Shown piece after piece: positions 1 to 9,114 of a stretch of DNA of 64,000 nucleotides. The stretch comes from a plasmid: sequence record CP113993.1; one strand, 5' to 3'. The notes below the pieces were generated by a model. That model worked only from the letters and a program-made list of their open reading frames with translations, made no database searches and was not told where the DNA came from. The position numbers and the translations under genes were made by a program. Every line of letters begins with the position of its first letter. Positions within the stretch are counted from its first letter, which is position 1.

Positions 1-807
1 ATGGCGCAGCAGGGTGATGTGGTCAGTGTAGTACAGGCTTGTCGTTGGGCAGGTTTATCACGGCGTAGTTATTACTACCAGCCCACTAAGGCCAAACCGC
101 GTGTTAATGAGCATTTAGCCACACGTGTGAAGCGCATTATTACTGACTTACCCTATGCAGGCTACCGCACCGTTGCTTGGCTACTGGGTGAGAACAAGAA
201 CACCATTCAGCGTCTGTTCCAGATTAAGGGCTGGCAGGTGCGTAAGCGTCGTAGTGGGGCTCGTCCACGAGTTCAAGCCTTGCCGTCGGTAGCATCACGC
301 CCGAACGAACGCTGGGCAACCGATACAGCACGTGTTTGGTGTGGTCCTATACATCGTTGGTGCGCTTTAACCCTTGTTATAGATTGCCATACGCGAGAGG
401 CTCTGGGTTGGCGATTAAGTCCTAGTGGTAATGCTAAGTCGGCTGAGGCCGCCTTAGAGGAAGCCTTAATCACTCGATATGGTGCGTTAGGCCGAGCACA
501 GGATCCGATCACCCTACGCAGTGATAACGGTCTAGTCTTTACCTCTCGACATTACACGCGTACGGTATACCAATACGGTTTAAAGCAAGAGTTTATTCAG
601 CCGCATACCCCACAGCAAAACGGGATGGTTGAACGCTTAATCCGAACGGTTAAAGAGCAGTGTCTCTGGCTTCATCACTTCAAATCCTTAGATGAGGCCA
701 GACAAACGTTAAGGGCCTGGTTCAAGTATTACAATGAACAACGCCCTCACCAAGCGTTAGGAATGAAAACACCTAACATGGTTTATCAACAACAATTAGT
801 GACTTAA
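1..807 (+). CDS. IS3-family transposase OrfB (integrase core, rve), 5' end cut by window edge
   Basis: The 268-aa ORF has an IS3-type OrfB N-terminus (HTH_21-like), a DDE/rve core and the C-terminal QRPHQALG motif. Confidence 0.8.
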   Translation: MAQQGDVVSVVQACRWAGLSRRSYYYQPTKAKPRVNEHLATRVKRIITDLPYAGYRTVAWLLGENKNTIQRLFQIKGWQVRKRRSGARPRVQALPSVASRPNERWATDTARVWCGPIHRWCALTLVIDCHTREALGWRLSPSGNAKSAEAALEEALITRYGALGRAQDPITLRSDNGLVFTSRHYTRTVYQYGLKQEFIQPHTPQQNGMVERLIRTVKEQCLWLHHFKSLDEARQTLRAWFKYYNEQRPHQALGMKTPNMVYQQQLVT

Positions 808-834
808 GTGTGCAAATTACGCTGGGTCATTACA

Positions 835-968
835 TATTTGCAGTACCAGCGTACGGCCCACAGAATGATGTCACGCTGAAAATGCCGGCCTTTGAATGGG
901 TTCATGTGCAGCTCCATCAGCAAAAGGGGATGATAAGTTTATCACCACCGACTATTTGCAACAGTGCC
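835..968 (-). mobile_element. IS26 fragment (14-bp terminal IR plus first ~110 bp including the tnp26 5' end)
   Basis: The segment is identical to 6120-6252 of the complete IS26 copy and ends in TTTGCAACAGTGCC at 955-968. It does not continue into the rest of IS26. Confidence 0.85.
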
Positions 969-1830
969 AGAAATTCTTGCCACCTGCAACAGCCCCGAAT
1001 ACCAGAGCCTGCCGCCTTCACAGATTGTGCCCCGCTTGGCTGACAAGGGGCTTTACCTGGCAAGCGAATCGACGTTTTATCGGGTCTTGCGCGAGCATGG
1101 GCAAGCTAATCGGCGCGGTCGTGCCCAACCGCCCAGAACAGCCCCCAAGCCGCATGCATGGTTGGCAAGTGCGCCGCTGAAAACCTGGAGCTGGGACATC
1201 ACGTTTTTGCCCACCGCTGTTCGTGGCCAGTTCTACCGCCTGTACATGGTGATGGATGTGTACAGCCGCATGATTGTGGGCTGGGAAATCCACGAGGACG
1301 AACGCGCAGAACATGCTGCCATGCTCATCACCAAAGCATGCCTGCGTCACCGAGTTCGCCAAGACGCGCTGGTGCTACATGCCGACAACGGCTCGCCCAT
1401 GAAAGGCGCCACCATGTTGGCGACCTTGCAGCGTCTGGGCGTTGTGCCGTCGTTCAGTCGGCCGGCGGTGAGTGACGACAACGCCTACTCTGAAGCCCTG
1501 TTCAGAACGCTGAAATACACCCCAGCCTATCCGAAGAAGCCGTTTGCTTCGATCGAGCAGGCACGCCAATGGGTGCTGCGCTTCGTGACTTGGTACAACA
1601 CGGAGCACCGCCACAGCGGCATCAAGTTCGTAACACCCGAGCAGCGACATTATGGGCAGGAGCACGCCATTCTTGAACGCCGCCGCACCGTCTACGAAGC
1701 GGCGAAACAAGCCATGCCTCAGCGTTGGAAGGGCCGCCACACGCGTGACTGGAACCCAATTGGCGAGGTGTGGTTAAACCCGCCGAAAGAAAGTGCCGCC
1801 GACGATCACAAACTCAGCCGCGCCGCATGA
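969..1830 (+). CDS. DDE transposase (rve family, IS3/IS481-like), N-terminally truncated by the IS26 fragment
   Basis: The ORF has HTH and rve domains (WSWDITF...DNGSPM...YNTEHRHS). It opens directly at the IS26 IR with no plausible native start. Confidence 0.7.
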
Positions 1831-1948
1831 AGAAAACGGACATCATTGTTGACAAACACCGTTAACCCCAAAAGCCTGCAAGCCAATCTTTCACTTAGCC
1901 TAAAAGCATCAATGAGATGGCGTACGGCTAATTTTTTGCTGGCAGGGG

Positions 1949-2212
1949 TTACCACTTTTTTGAGACAACATCCTTCAAAGCCTCATTCTCAAGCAGCTTC
2001 TCTGCCAACAGTTTTTTGAGTTTGTTGTTTTCTGACTCAAGTTCACGCAGGCGTTTAGCCTCGTTTACCTCCAGTCCTGCATATTTACTACGCCAGTTAT
2101 AAAAAGTGCCATTGGAGATGCCTAGCCTGCGGCAAATATCACTTACTTTGGCACCTGCCTCGTGTTCTTTAATGACCTTAATAATTTGTTCTTCGGTATA
2201 ACGTTTCTTCAT
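1949..2212 (-). CDS. IS3-family transposase OrfA (HTH), orphaned; its orfB is interrupted by insertion of the 969-1830 element
   Basis: The ORF begins MKKRYTEEQIIKVIKEHEAG with a leucine-zipper C-terminus. An A AAA AAG slippery heptamer sits at its 3' end, and the OrfB frame continues only to about 1880. Confidence 0.75.
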   Translation of the reverse strand: MKKRYTEEQIIKVIKEHEAGAKVSDICRRLGISNGTFYNWRSKYAGLEVNEAKRLRELESENNKLKKLLAEKLLENEALKDVVSKKW

Positions 2213-2285
2213 TTTTGAGACCTCCAACTGCTGTCAGTGTAATGGAAATCTCATCGAAGTTATGGTTCTAATTTAGGGGGAAAGG

Positions 2286-2639
2286 TCACTTACATTTATA
2301 TGCTTTACCAACACCAGTTGTATTTGTTGTGCCCATAGAACCATATGCATTCGTGTTTTTTAAGTCTTGCACATAAACGACATTAGCCCCTAATTTATAG
2401 GCTTCATTCCTTAATTCGTTTCTTGCGCCTATAACTAAATTTTTATTTGATGTTACGTCACCAGTAAACCAATTCCCCTGAGACCCCACAACCTCGCCGA
2501 CGAACTCGCACTTTTCTCAATCAGGAAGATCGTTTACTAACTCAACTCGCTCAGCCCCAGGTATTGTCTGTTTAGCAGCACACGCGGACAGGGTTAGAAC
2601 AAAGGCTACGATAAAGAAAGTATTAATCTTGTTTTTCAT
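2286..2639 (-). pseudogene. Integron cassette ORF encoding a lipoprotein (signal peptide plus LSAC lipobox), interrupted by an in-frame TGA at 2517-2519; its 3' attC is displaced by the IS3-family insertion
   Basis: ATG at 2639 follows a GGGGA RBS. The product reads MKNKINTFFIVAFVLTLSACAAK...LPD, then TGA, then the same frame continues to 2286. Confidence 0.5.
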
Positions 2640-2649
2640 GATTTCCCCT

Positions 2650-2742
2650 AATGAAACATAACGTCGCTATCAATCGCGGAAAAAGGCGTAGTGCGCGAAG
2701 CGAACGAAGCTTTTTGCCGTCGATTGCATAGCTTTGTTAACC
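2650..2742 (-). other. attC (59-be) recombination site of the dfrA cassette
   Basis: GTTAAC overlaps the dfrA stop codon. An imperfect internal palindrome (CGAAGCGAACGAAGCTT) follows, and the site ends near GTTATG. Confidence 0.5.
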
Positions 2743-3219
2743 CTTTTTCCAAATTTGATAGCAATAGTTAATGTTTGAAGTAAAGTGTTGCTCAAAAACA
2801 ACTTCGAAGGTATTTGGAATACTCGGGAAGAAAACATCCCCCTCTGGCTCGATGTCGATCGTCGATAAGTGGAGCGTAGAGGCCATGGGTAATGTTTCTC
2901 GGTAAATTTCTCCGCCACCAGACACTATAACGTGACCGGTGAATTCAGCTAGCCTGTCCATGGCCTCTTCGATTGACTGAAATACAACTACATTGTCATC
3001 ATTTGATGTCCAACCTGAGCGGGTAACGACCGCGTATTTCCTATTGGGGAGTGCGCCCATAGATTCAAACGTCTTGCGACCCACCAGAAGCCACTGATTG
3101 TAGGTCAATGCTTTAAAAAGTAGCTGCTCCCCTTTCGCGGACCAGGGTATGTCTGGACCGCAACCAATCACGCCGTTTTTCGCTTTCGCAGCTATCAATG
3201 ATACTTTCAAGGTTCTCAT
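2737..3219 (-). CDS. dfrA: Trimethoprim-resistant dihydrofolate reductase, DfrA5/14/25/30 group (not dfrA1)
   Basis: The 160-aa protein has DfrA hallmarks: [55 protein letters not shown]...[14 protein letters not shown]...INYCYQIW. Confidence 0.9.
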   Translation of the reverse strand: MRTLKVSLIAAKAKNGVIGCGPDIPWSAKGEQLLFKALTYNQWLLVGRKTFESMGALPNRKYAVVTRSGWTSNDDNVVVFQSIEEAMDRLAEFTGHVIVSGGGEIYRETLPMASTLHLSTIDIEPEGDVFFPSIPNTFEVVFEQHFTSNINYCYQIWKKG

Positions 3220-3540
3220 CCTGGGTTAACATTTTATTAGTAAGCATGCTCGTTTTGTCACCCGCTGATGCTTACCGTTAATTAATATAATCACTTGTAT
3301 TAAATAGACTTTCTTTAAAAATATAAGACACTCTGTTATTACAAATCGTGCATGCCGTCTATCCTGCTTGCACGATGCACATTATCTCACCCAAAGAACT
3401 CATAACACTTTAATTTATTTAGCATTAAATTAAAACTCTACCGGTAAACAAGCATCTCTAGGCGTAAAAAACAGGCACTTTTTTAAATCCCAGCTAGAAT
3501 AGGCTGTATAGGCAGACAGTTGCAAGACAAGGAGCGTTTT
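3220..3540 (-). promoter_or_regulatory. attI2 region and cassette promoter of a class 2 integron (GTTAACC crossover near 3224-3230)
   Basis: The region lies between the intI2 start and the first cassette, and a GTTAACC core sits on the minus strand at the cassette boundary. Confidence 0.45.
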
Positions 3541-4518
3541 ATGTCTAACAGTCCATTTTTAAATTCTATACGCACGGATATGCGGCAAAAAGGTTATGCG
3601 CTGAAAACTGAAAAAACTTACCTGCACTGGATTAAGCGTTTTATTCTGTTTCACAAAAAACGTCATCCTCAGACCATGGGCAGTGAAGAGGTCAGGCTGT
3701 TTTTATCCAGCTTAGCAAACAGCAGACATGTAGCCATAAACACGCAGAAAATCGCTTTAAATGCCCTAGCTTTTTTGTACAACAGGTTTTTACAACAGCC
3801 GTTGGGCGATATTGATTATATCCCTGCAAGCAAGCCTAGACGGCTACCCTCTGTTATCTCTGCAAATGAAGTGCAACGCATTTTGCAGGTTATGGATACT
3901 CGCAACCAAGTAATTTTTGCGCTGCTGTATGGTGCAGGTTTGCGCATTAATGAATGCTTGCGTTTGCGGGTTAAAGATTTTGATTTTGATAATGGCTGCA
4001 TCACTGTGCATGACGGTAAGGGTGGGAAAAGCAGAAACAGCCTACTGCCCACGCGCCTAATCCCAGTAATAAAACAACTCATTGAGCAAGCGCGGCTTAT
4101 TCAGCAAGACGACAACTTACAAGGCGTAGGGCCATCGCTGCCTTTTGCTTTAGATCGCAAATACCCTTCTGCTTATCGACAAGCGGCGTGGATGTTTGTC
4201 TTTCCCTCCAGCACGCTCTGCAACCACCCGTATAACGGCAAATTATGCCGCCATCATCTGCATGACTCCGTTGCGCGAAAGGCATTGAAGGCAGCCGTAC
4301 AAAAAGCAGGCATCGTTAGCAAGCGTGTCACTTGTCATACATTTCGTCACTCGTTTGCTACGCATCTATTACAAGCGGGGCGTGATATTCGCACTGTGCA
4401 AGAACTCTTAGGGCATACCGATGTTAAGACCACGCAAATCTATACGCATGTGTTGGGTCAGCATTTTGCCGGCACCACCAGTCCTGCGGATGGACTGATG
4501 CTACTTATCAATCAGTAA
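3541..4518 (+). CDS. intI2: Class 2 integron integrase IntI2 with an uninterrupted reading frame (Gln CAA at codon 179 where Tn7 has TAA)
   Basis: The 325-aa product from MSNSPFLNSIRTDMRQKGY matches IntI2 and carries tyrosine-recombinase motifs (HTFRHSFAT, LLGH...TTQIYTH). Codon 179 (4075-4077) is CAA. Confidence 0.93.
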   Translation: MSNSPFLNSIRTDMRQKGYALKTEKTYLHWIKRFILFHKKRHPQTMGSEEVRLFLSSLANSRHVAINTQKIALNALAFLYNRFLQQPLGDIDYIPASKPRRLPSVISANEVQRILQVMDTRNQVIFALLYGAGLRINECLRLRVKDFDFDNGCITVHDGKGGKSRNSLLPTRLIPVIKQLIEQARLIQQDDNLQGVGPSLPFALDRKYPSAYRQAAWMFVFPSSTLCNHPYNGKLCRHHLHDSVARKALKAAVQKAGIVSKRVTCHTFRHSFATHLLQAGRDIRTVQELLGHTDVKTTQIYTHVLGQHFAGTTSPADGLMLLINQ

Positions 4519-5287
4519 AAGTAGATAAATATCTTTATGTAGCCCTGAGTAGCCCCTGATACTTTTTATGGTGAAAAAGATAAACAATCATAGAGGGGAT
4601 AAATATGAGCCAGTTCTACCATTGTTCAGATAAGTTTAAGCAAGATACTGTTAATCACAGTGACCATTCATGGTCATTACACTTCCTCCAGCTGCCAGAC
4701 AATGCCTAACATAAAAACGCAAAAGCCCAAAAGTCAGAGCTTAGGTGTTCTAGGCGTTTTCTAAGCGCTGAAGAAATACGTCTTACCGTAGATTGCGTGC
4801 GTTTCTGAAGCACATTTTCCTCATACATGGCTTTATCCCAGGCAGCTTCATCAAGCTCTTGGAGTAACAAGCCAGTAATAATGCGACACTTTCGGGTTTG
4901 TAGCGAGCCGCTGGTGAGATCGGAGTTATAGCGGAAAGGGGTCATTTGTAATTATTTGTGGGTGGAGGATAGTTAACTTATTATTGTAGTTGGAAGAGGC
5001 TGCTTTCCAAACATTAGCACATCGTAATGCTTGTTACTGTATATTAATTTATGCTCTTAGCGCATGTTAATGGGCTATTACAATGCATAATGTCTACATC
5101 AAGATAACTGTGGCTTAACACCTGTACAAGCGAAAAAAATCAATCACCTGTCCGGAAATACGGGATCACTGTAATGTGTTGGTGAGGCAGTCTAGGAGGG
5201 GGATTTAATTTGGGATACTGATGAAAGGATTATGATCAGTTGGATATAGGATCGTACTAAGCTGAGCGGCAGGTTAGCTAGATTAGT

Positions 5288-5454
5288 TAACCAGATAAGT
5301 GAAATCTAGTTCCAAACTATTTTGTCATTTTTAATTTTCGCATTAGCTTGCGACGCTACACCCAGTTCCCATCTATTTTGTCACTCTCCCCTAAATAATC
5401 CTTAAAAACCCCATTTTCACCCCTCCCAGTTCCCAACTATTTTGTCCGCCCACA
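5288..5454 (-). mobile_element. Tn7 left end (Tn7-L) with three dispersed 22-bp TnsB-binding repeats; terminus ...CCGCCCACA at 5454
   Basis: The reverse complement reads TGTGGGCGGACAAAATAGTTGGGAACTGGG ... GACAAAATAGATGGGAACTGGG ... GACAAAATAGTTTGGAACTAG, which is the canonical Tn7-L sequence. Confidence 0.85.
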
Positions 5455-6252
5455 TGAGGCAGCCTTTTGTCTTATTCAAAGGCCTTACATTTCAAAAACT
5501 CTGCTTACCAGGCGCATTTCGCCCAGGGGATCACCATAATAAAATGCTGAGGCCTGGCCTTTGCGTAGTGCACGCATCACCTCAATACCTTTGATGGTGG
5601 CGTAAGCCGTCTTCATGGATTTAAATCCCAGCGTGGCGCCGATTATCCGTTTCAGTTTGCCATGATCGCATTCAATCACGTTGTTCCGGTACTTAATCTG
5701 TCGGTGTTCAACGTCAGACGGGCACCGGCCTTCGCGTTTGAGCAGAGCAAGCGCGCGACCATAGGCGGGCGCTTTATCCGTGTTGATGAATCGCGGGATC
5801 TGCCACTTCTTCACGTTGTTGAGGATTTTACCCAGAAACCGGTATGCAGCTTTGCTGTTACGACGGGAGGAGAGATAAAAATCGACAGTGCGGCCCCGGC
5901 TGTCGACGGCCCGGTACAGATACGCCCAGCGGCCATTGACCTTCACGTAGGTTTCATCCATGTGCCACGGGCAAAGATCGGAAGGGTTACGCCAGTACCA
6001 GCGCAGCCGTTTTTCCATTTCAGGCGCATAACGCTGAACCCAGCGGTAAATCGTGGAGTGATCGACATTCACTCCGCGTTCAGCCAGCATCTCCTGCAGC
6101 TCACGGTAACTGATGCCGTATTTGCAGTACCAGCGTACGGCCCACAGAATGATGTCACGCTGAAAATGCCGGCCTTTGAATGGGTTCATGTGCAGCTCCA
6201 TCAGCAAAAGGGGATGATAAGTTTATCACCACCGACTATTTGCAACAGTGCC
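5455..6252 (-). mobile_element. IS26, lacking the outer 22 bp of one terminus (798 of 820 bp), directly abutting the Tn7-L terminus
   Basis: The IR TTTGCAACAGTGCC sits at 6239-6252. The internal sequence and Tnp26 are intact. The other end starts at TGAGGCAGCCTTTTGTC without GGCACTGTTGCAAAGTTAGCGA. Confidence 0.92.
5485..6189 (-). CDS. tnpA: IS26 transposase Tnp26
   Basis: The product reads MNPFKGRHFQRDIILWAVRWYCKYGISYRELQEML...LVSRVFEM, a full-length Tnp26 match. Confidence 0.95.
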   Translation of the reverse strand: MNPFKGRHFQRDIILWAVRWYCKYGISYRELQEMLAERGVNVDHSTIYRWVQRYAPEMEKRLRWYWRNPSDLCPWHMDETYVKVNGRWAYLYRAVDSRGRTVDFYLSSRRNSKAAYRFLGKILNNVKKWQIPRFINTDKAPAYGRALALLKREGRCPSDVEHRQIKYRNNVIECDHGKLKRIIGATLGFKSMKTAYATIKGIEVMRALRKGQASAFYYGDPLGEMRLVSRVFEM

Positions 6253-6423
6253 CACAATACTATAAAGTCAGGAGTCAAACTCAAACTCGTTTGGCTTGAA
6301 CGTGGCCATACCAAAGCAGACATTGTTGCAGATGTACTTGCCACAGCAGGTTTCCCTGATTTTGGGGATCAATTGAAGCTGCTGGCTACCAGCAGCCTGC
6401 AAAAAACACATAAGCTGGCCTGA
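6253..6423 (+). pseudogene. 3' remnant of an unknown gene truncated by IS26
   Basis: The open frame runs from the IS26 end and finishes ...GHTKADIVADVLATAGFPDFGDQLKLLATSSLQKTHKLA, with no upstream start. Confidence 0.3.
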
Positions 6424-6481
6424 AAGGAATACTTCACAATGAATATCATTGTGTTGGTAACCTGCTGTTATCGTGATGAAA

Positions 6482-7099
6482 TTACCGCTCAATTTTTTCG
6501 GTTGACGCGGTCTGTTCCTGCATGGTTTTCATCTTTAGCTTTTGTTTTTCCCTTACTGCCAGCCAGCGTCTGGCATTCTGCGCATCGCATTCTGATACCT
6601 GACCTGCTGGTAGTCCATCCAGTCCATAACGAGGGATACCTGCGACAGCAGTACGCAGCAGATATACCTGTCGGGTGGTGATGCAGGATATTGCACAGGA
6701 CCATTCATCCAGTGTCAGTTCTGTCTCAGGGTGTTCTGTCAGGAATGCGGCAAAATCATTGGTTATGCCAATTTTCAGTGGAAGAAATCCCCCGCTTTCT
6801 GCGCGAAGATGGGGAAACAGAGACTTAACTTTTTCCACGCAATTGTGAGTAAATTCATGAGTCCAATGAGGCTGGCGTGGAAAACGGCGTCTTTTCCTTT
6901 TTTTCTTACTGGCAGAAGCTTCAGGGGGATGAGTATCGACGGCAGGAGAACTGCTTCCCACAGATACTGGATCTTCCATCTTTACCGTCTCTGAACGTGC
7001 GATAACACCTGTTTTTTCAGATAAGGAAGGGGGTAAAAGAGTGCGACGTTTTTTCACCATAATGATGGGTGTTTTCTTTTCTTCCTGATATTTCCCCAT
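6482..7099 (-). CDS. ProQ/FinO-domain RNA-binding protein (FopA-like plasmid RNA chaperone)
   Basis: The C-terminal half aligns with the FinO domain (PLKIGITNDF...LTLDEWSCAISCITTRQVYLLRTAVAGIPRYGLDGLPAGQVSE). It has a basic Lys/Arg-rich linker and a GAGG RBS. Confidence 0.6.
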   Translation of the reverse strand: MGKYQEEKKTPIIMVKKRRTLLPPSLSEKTGVIARSETVKMEDPVSVGSSSPAVDTHPPEASASKKKRKRRRFPRQPHWTHEFTHNCVEKVKSLFPHLRAESGGFLPLKIGITNDFAAFLTEHPETELTLDEWSCAISCITTRQVYLLRTAVAGIPRYGLDGLPAGQVSECDAQNARRWLAVREKQKLKMKTMQEQTASTEKIER

Positions 7100-7293
7100 A
7101 AAAACCTCTACGATGTGTTCTTATATAATAATATATATCATATTTTCACAATTAACATAATATCTTCGTTAAGAAAATAACAGAACAAAATTTGTTGTTT
7201 TTTTATGACAGGCATGAAATGAGCCAGCATAATTATATTAATCATTATCCCAAATGAGTTTTTGTATTTGCTCATTCGGGATGGTTGGATATT

Positions 7294-8850
7294 TTAAGTT
7301 ATATCTACTGTATCATTCTCAGGTAATCGTTCCATTAAATCAGAAACTACGGGCTGTAACCAGTCAGTGACTTCACTTACATACTGATCCCATTCGGGAT
7401 GCCTGGAGGCCAGATCCATCACTCGTGTTAACCCGGACGGACGATCAATGCCCAATTTAGTTAAAATGTTCGAGATATAATTATGAGCATCAAGTTCAAC
7501 TCTGATATCCCTTGCTGCTTCTATTATTTCTAAATATTCTCCACCCAATCCGTCCAGTGGGACATTTGTAATAAGATAATGAATGTATTGTTCAGGCTTA
7601 ACTCCATTTGGGAGATTAAATTGTTTTACTTTTCCTTCCGCTGCCGCTTTTAACTCATAAGTTCGTGATTCTGTGCCGGTGAAAACTTTATCAAGAGCAG
7701 CTTTCTTTTCATTTTCTGTGGAGTATTTATCGCCATCAAGAATATAAAGTTTATCAGATAGATTATCTCCACGAATAAGTGTACTGGCAAGTAGAGTGAA
7801 TGCGTTTGAAGCTGCGCCAAATTTAAATATTTTCACATATCTGCTGGCCTTAAGTGAAGAACATATTTTATTTATTATTGCAACAGCAAGATCATCTTCC
7901 ACATATATTTCAATGGGAGTTGTTGATTTACCTGTTAATCTGTTTATAGCATCAGGTTTTGTTTCTTCAAATGAATAACTACGGCCTTGAATGTTTACGA
8001 CGTGTCTTATATTTATCTTGTCTGATAAAGTGGTTACCATTTCTCTATGGGTAGTGAAGATGATTTGTTTATTTTTATCTTCGGCATGAGTTGATATGAC
8101 GTCTATTAACTTTTTCAATGCTTCGTCATGCAACAGCAAATCTAATTCATCGATTAATATTAAGGCGTTCTTGTCCGCTTTTAATATTGTTTCCAGAATT
8201 AAAAATATCTTTTGCTCTCCTGCGCTCATACTTAATGATGAGTAGGCCAGTCCCTCTGACTCAACTCCAATCAATATTTTTCCATTGGGTTGTTGATGTT
8301 GATTGAAACTTGTATATGGTTTATTAAGTATATAGGAGGCGTAATGAAGAATGTTTGTTATTAAATCATTACTGACACTGCTGGTTTCATACTGAATATT
8401 ATTCTTTTTTTCTGATTCTATTATAGGAACACATTTATCAATGCCAAGATAGTAAACTTCTCTTAAAGGACGACGAGCATAAATCTGAATCCATCGTGAG
8501 CCTCGAACATCAGCTTTTCCATAATTTTTTAATTCATTTTCAATCATTACAACATCTTTACGATAAGTTAAATTTACAATGAAGTCACTGCCGTTCCATT
8601 CAGCATGTGGACTGCGTGGAAAAAAATGCATTAACCGATGGTCTTCACCGGGGAAACCTTTTTCAGGCATGTATATGCTTGCTATAGCATGGAGTATTGT
8701 TGATTTTCCGCTTCCATTTGGACCTAAAATTGCGGTTAACGCATGAGGTTTAAAAATAATCTCGTTTAATCCATTTATACATTTTAGTTTGTTAATTTTA
8801 ATGGAGTTCAAGACTTGACCAGTAATGGTTTTTTTCTTTTTTTCTGCCAT
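7294..8850 (-). CDS. OLD-family (overcoming lysogenization defect) ATP-dependent nuclease: N-terminal ABC-type ATPase plus C-terminal Toprim-like domain
   Basis: Walker A is GPNGSGKST, and an ABC signature / Walker B is SAGEQK...LILIDELD. The C-terminus carries a Toprim-like Glu (IYVEDD) and a DxD (LYILDGDKY). The gene is AT-rich (about 33% GC) with an AGGA RBS. Confidence 0.65.
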   Translation of the reverse strand: MAEKKKKTITGQVLNSIKINKLKCINGLNEIIFKPHALTAILGPNGSGKSTILHAIASIYMPEKGFPGEDHRLMHFFPRSPHAEWNGSDFIVNLTYRKDVVMIENELKNYGKADVRGSRWIQIYARRPLREVYYLGIDKCVPIIESEKKNNIQYETSSVSNDLITNILHYASYILNKPYTSFNQHQQPNGKILIGVESEGLAYSSLSMSAGEQKIFLILETILKADKNALILIDELDLLLHDEALKKLIDVISTHAEDKNKQIIFTTHREMVTTLSDKINIRHVVNIQGRSYSFEETKPDAINRLTGKSTTPIEIYVEDDLAVAIINKICSSLKASRYVKIFKFGAASNAFTLLASTLIRGDNLSDKLYILDGDKYSTENEKKAALDKVFTGTESRTYELKAAAEGKVKQFNLPNGVKPEQYIHYLITNVPLDGLGGEYLEIIEAARDIRVELDAHNYISNILTKLGIDRPSGLTRVMDLASRHPEWDQYVSEVTDWLQPVVSDLMERLPENDTVDIT

Positions 8851-9114
8851 TTTCAAATCCTAGCATTATGTTGGGGGAATTCACCATGTAATTCAGAAAC
8901 ATATAACTGTGAACAGGGGATATATCAAATCCTTTTAATATTCTATTTGGCACAGTATTCTACATCAGGCCTCTTTTATGCTACAGACTTTTTGAGATGT
9001 CTGTAATTTTAGACTTAATGTTATGACTGATCATATCTCCTATCCACTGGTGGCGCAGGAAAGTTAACCGGCTGCCACCATGGGATGATGTGTAAACCGT
9101 GCACAGGCGTGTTC

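Noticed and set aside
4706-4945. 79-aa minus-strand ORF between intI2 and Tn7-L
   Set aside because: It lies in the Tn7 left arm, where no gene is expected. It has no RBS and is likely non-coding.
5662-6423. 253-aa plus-strand ORF spanning IS26
   Set aside because: It is antisense to tnp26 and runs across the IS26 boundary into unrelated DNA. It is an artefact of the long open antisense frame.
7294-8850. Gabija or PARIS assignment for the ATPase-Toprim gene
   Set aside because: No adjacent UvrD-like helicase (GajB) or separate DUF4435 gene is present. The single 519-aa fused architecture fits class 1 OLD better.
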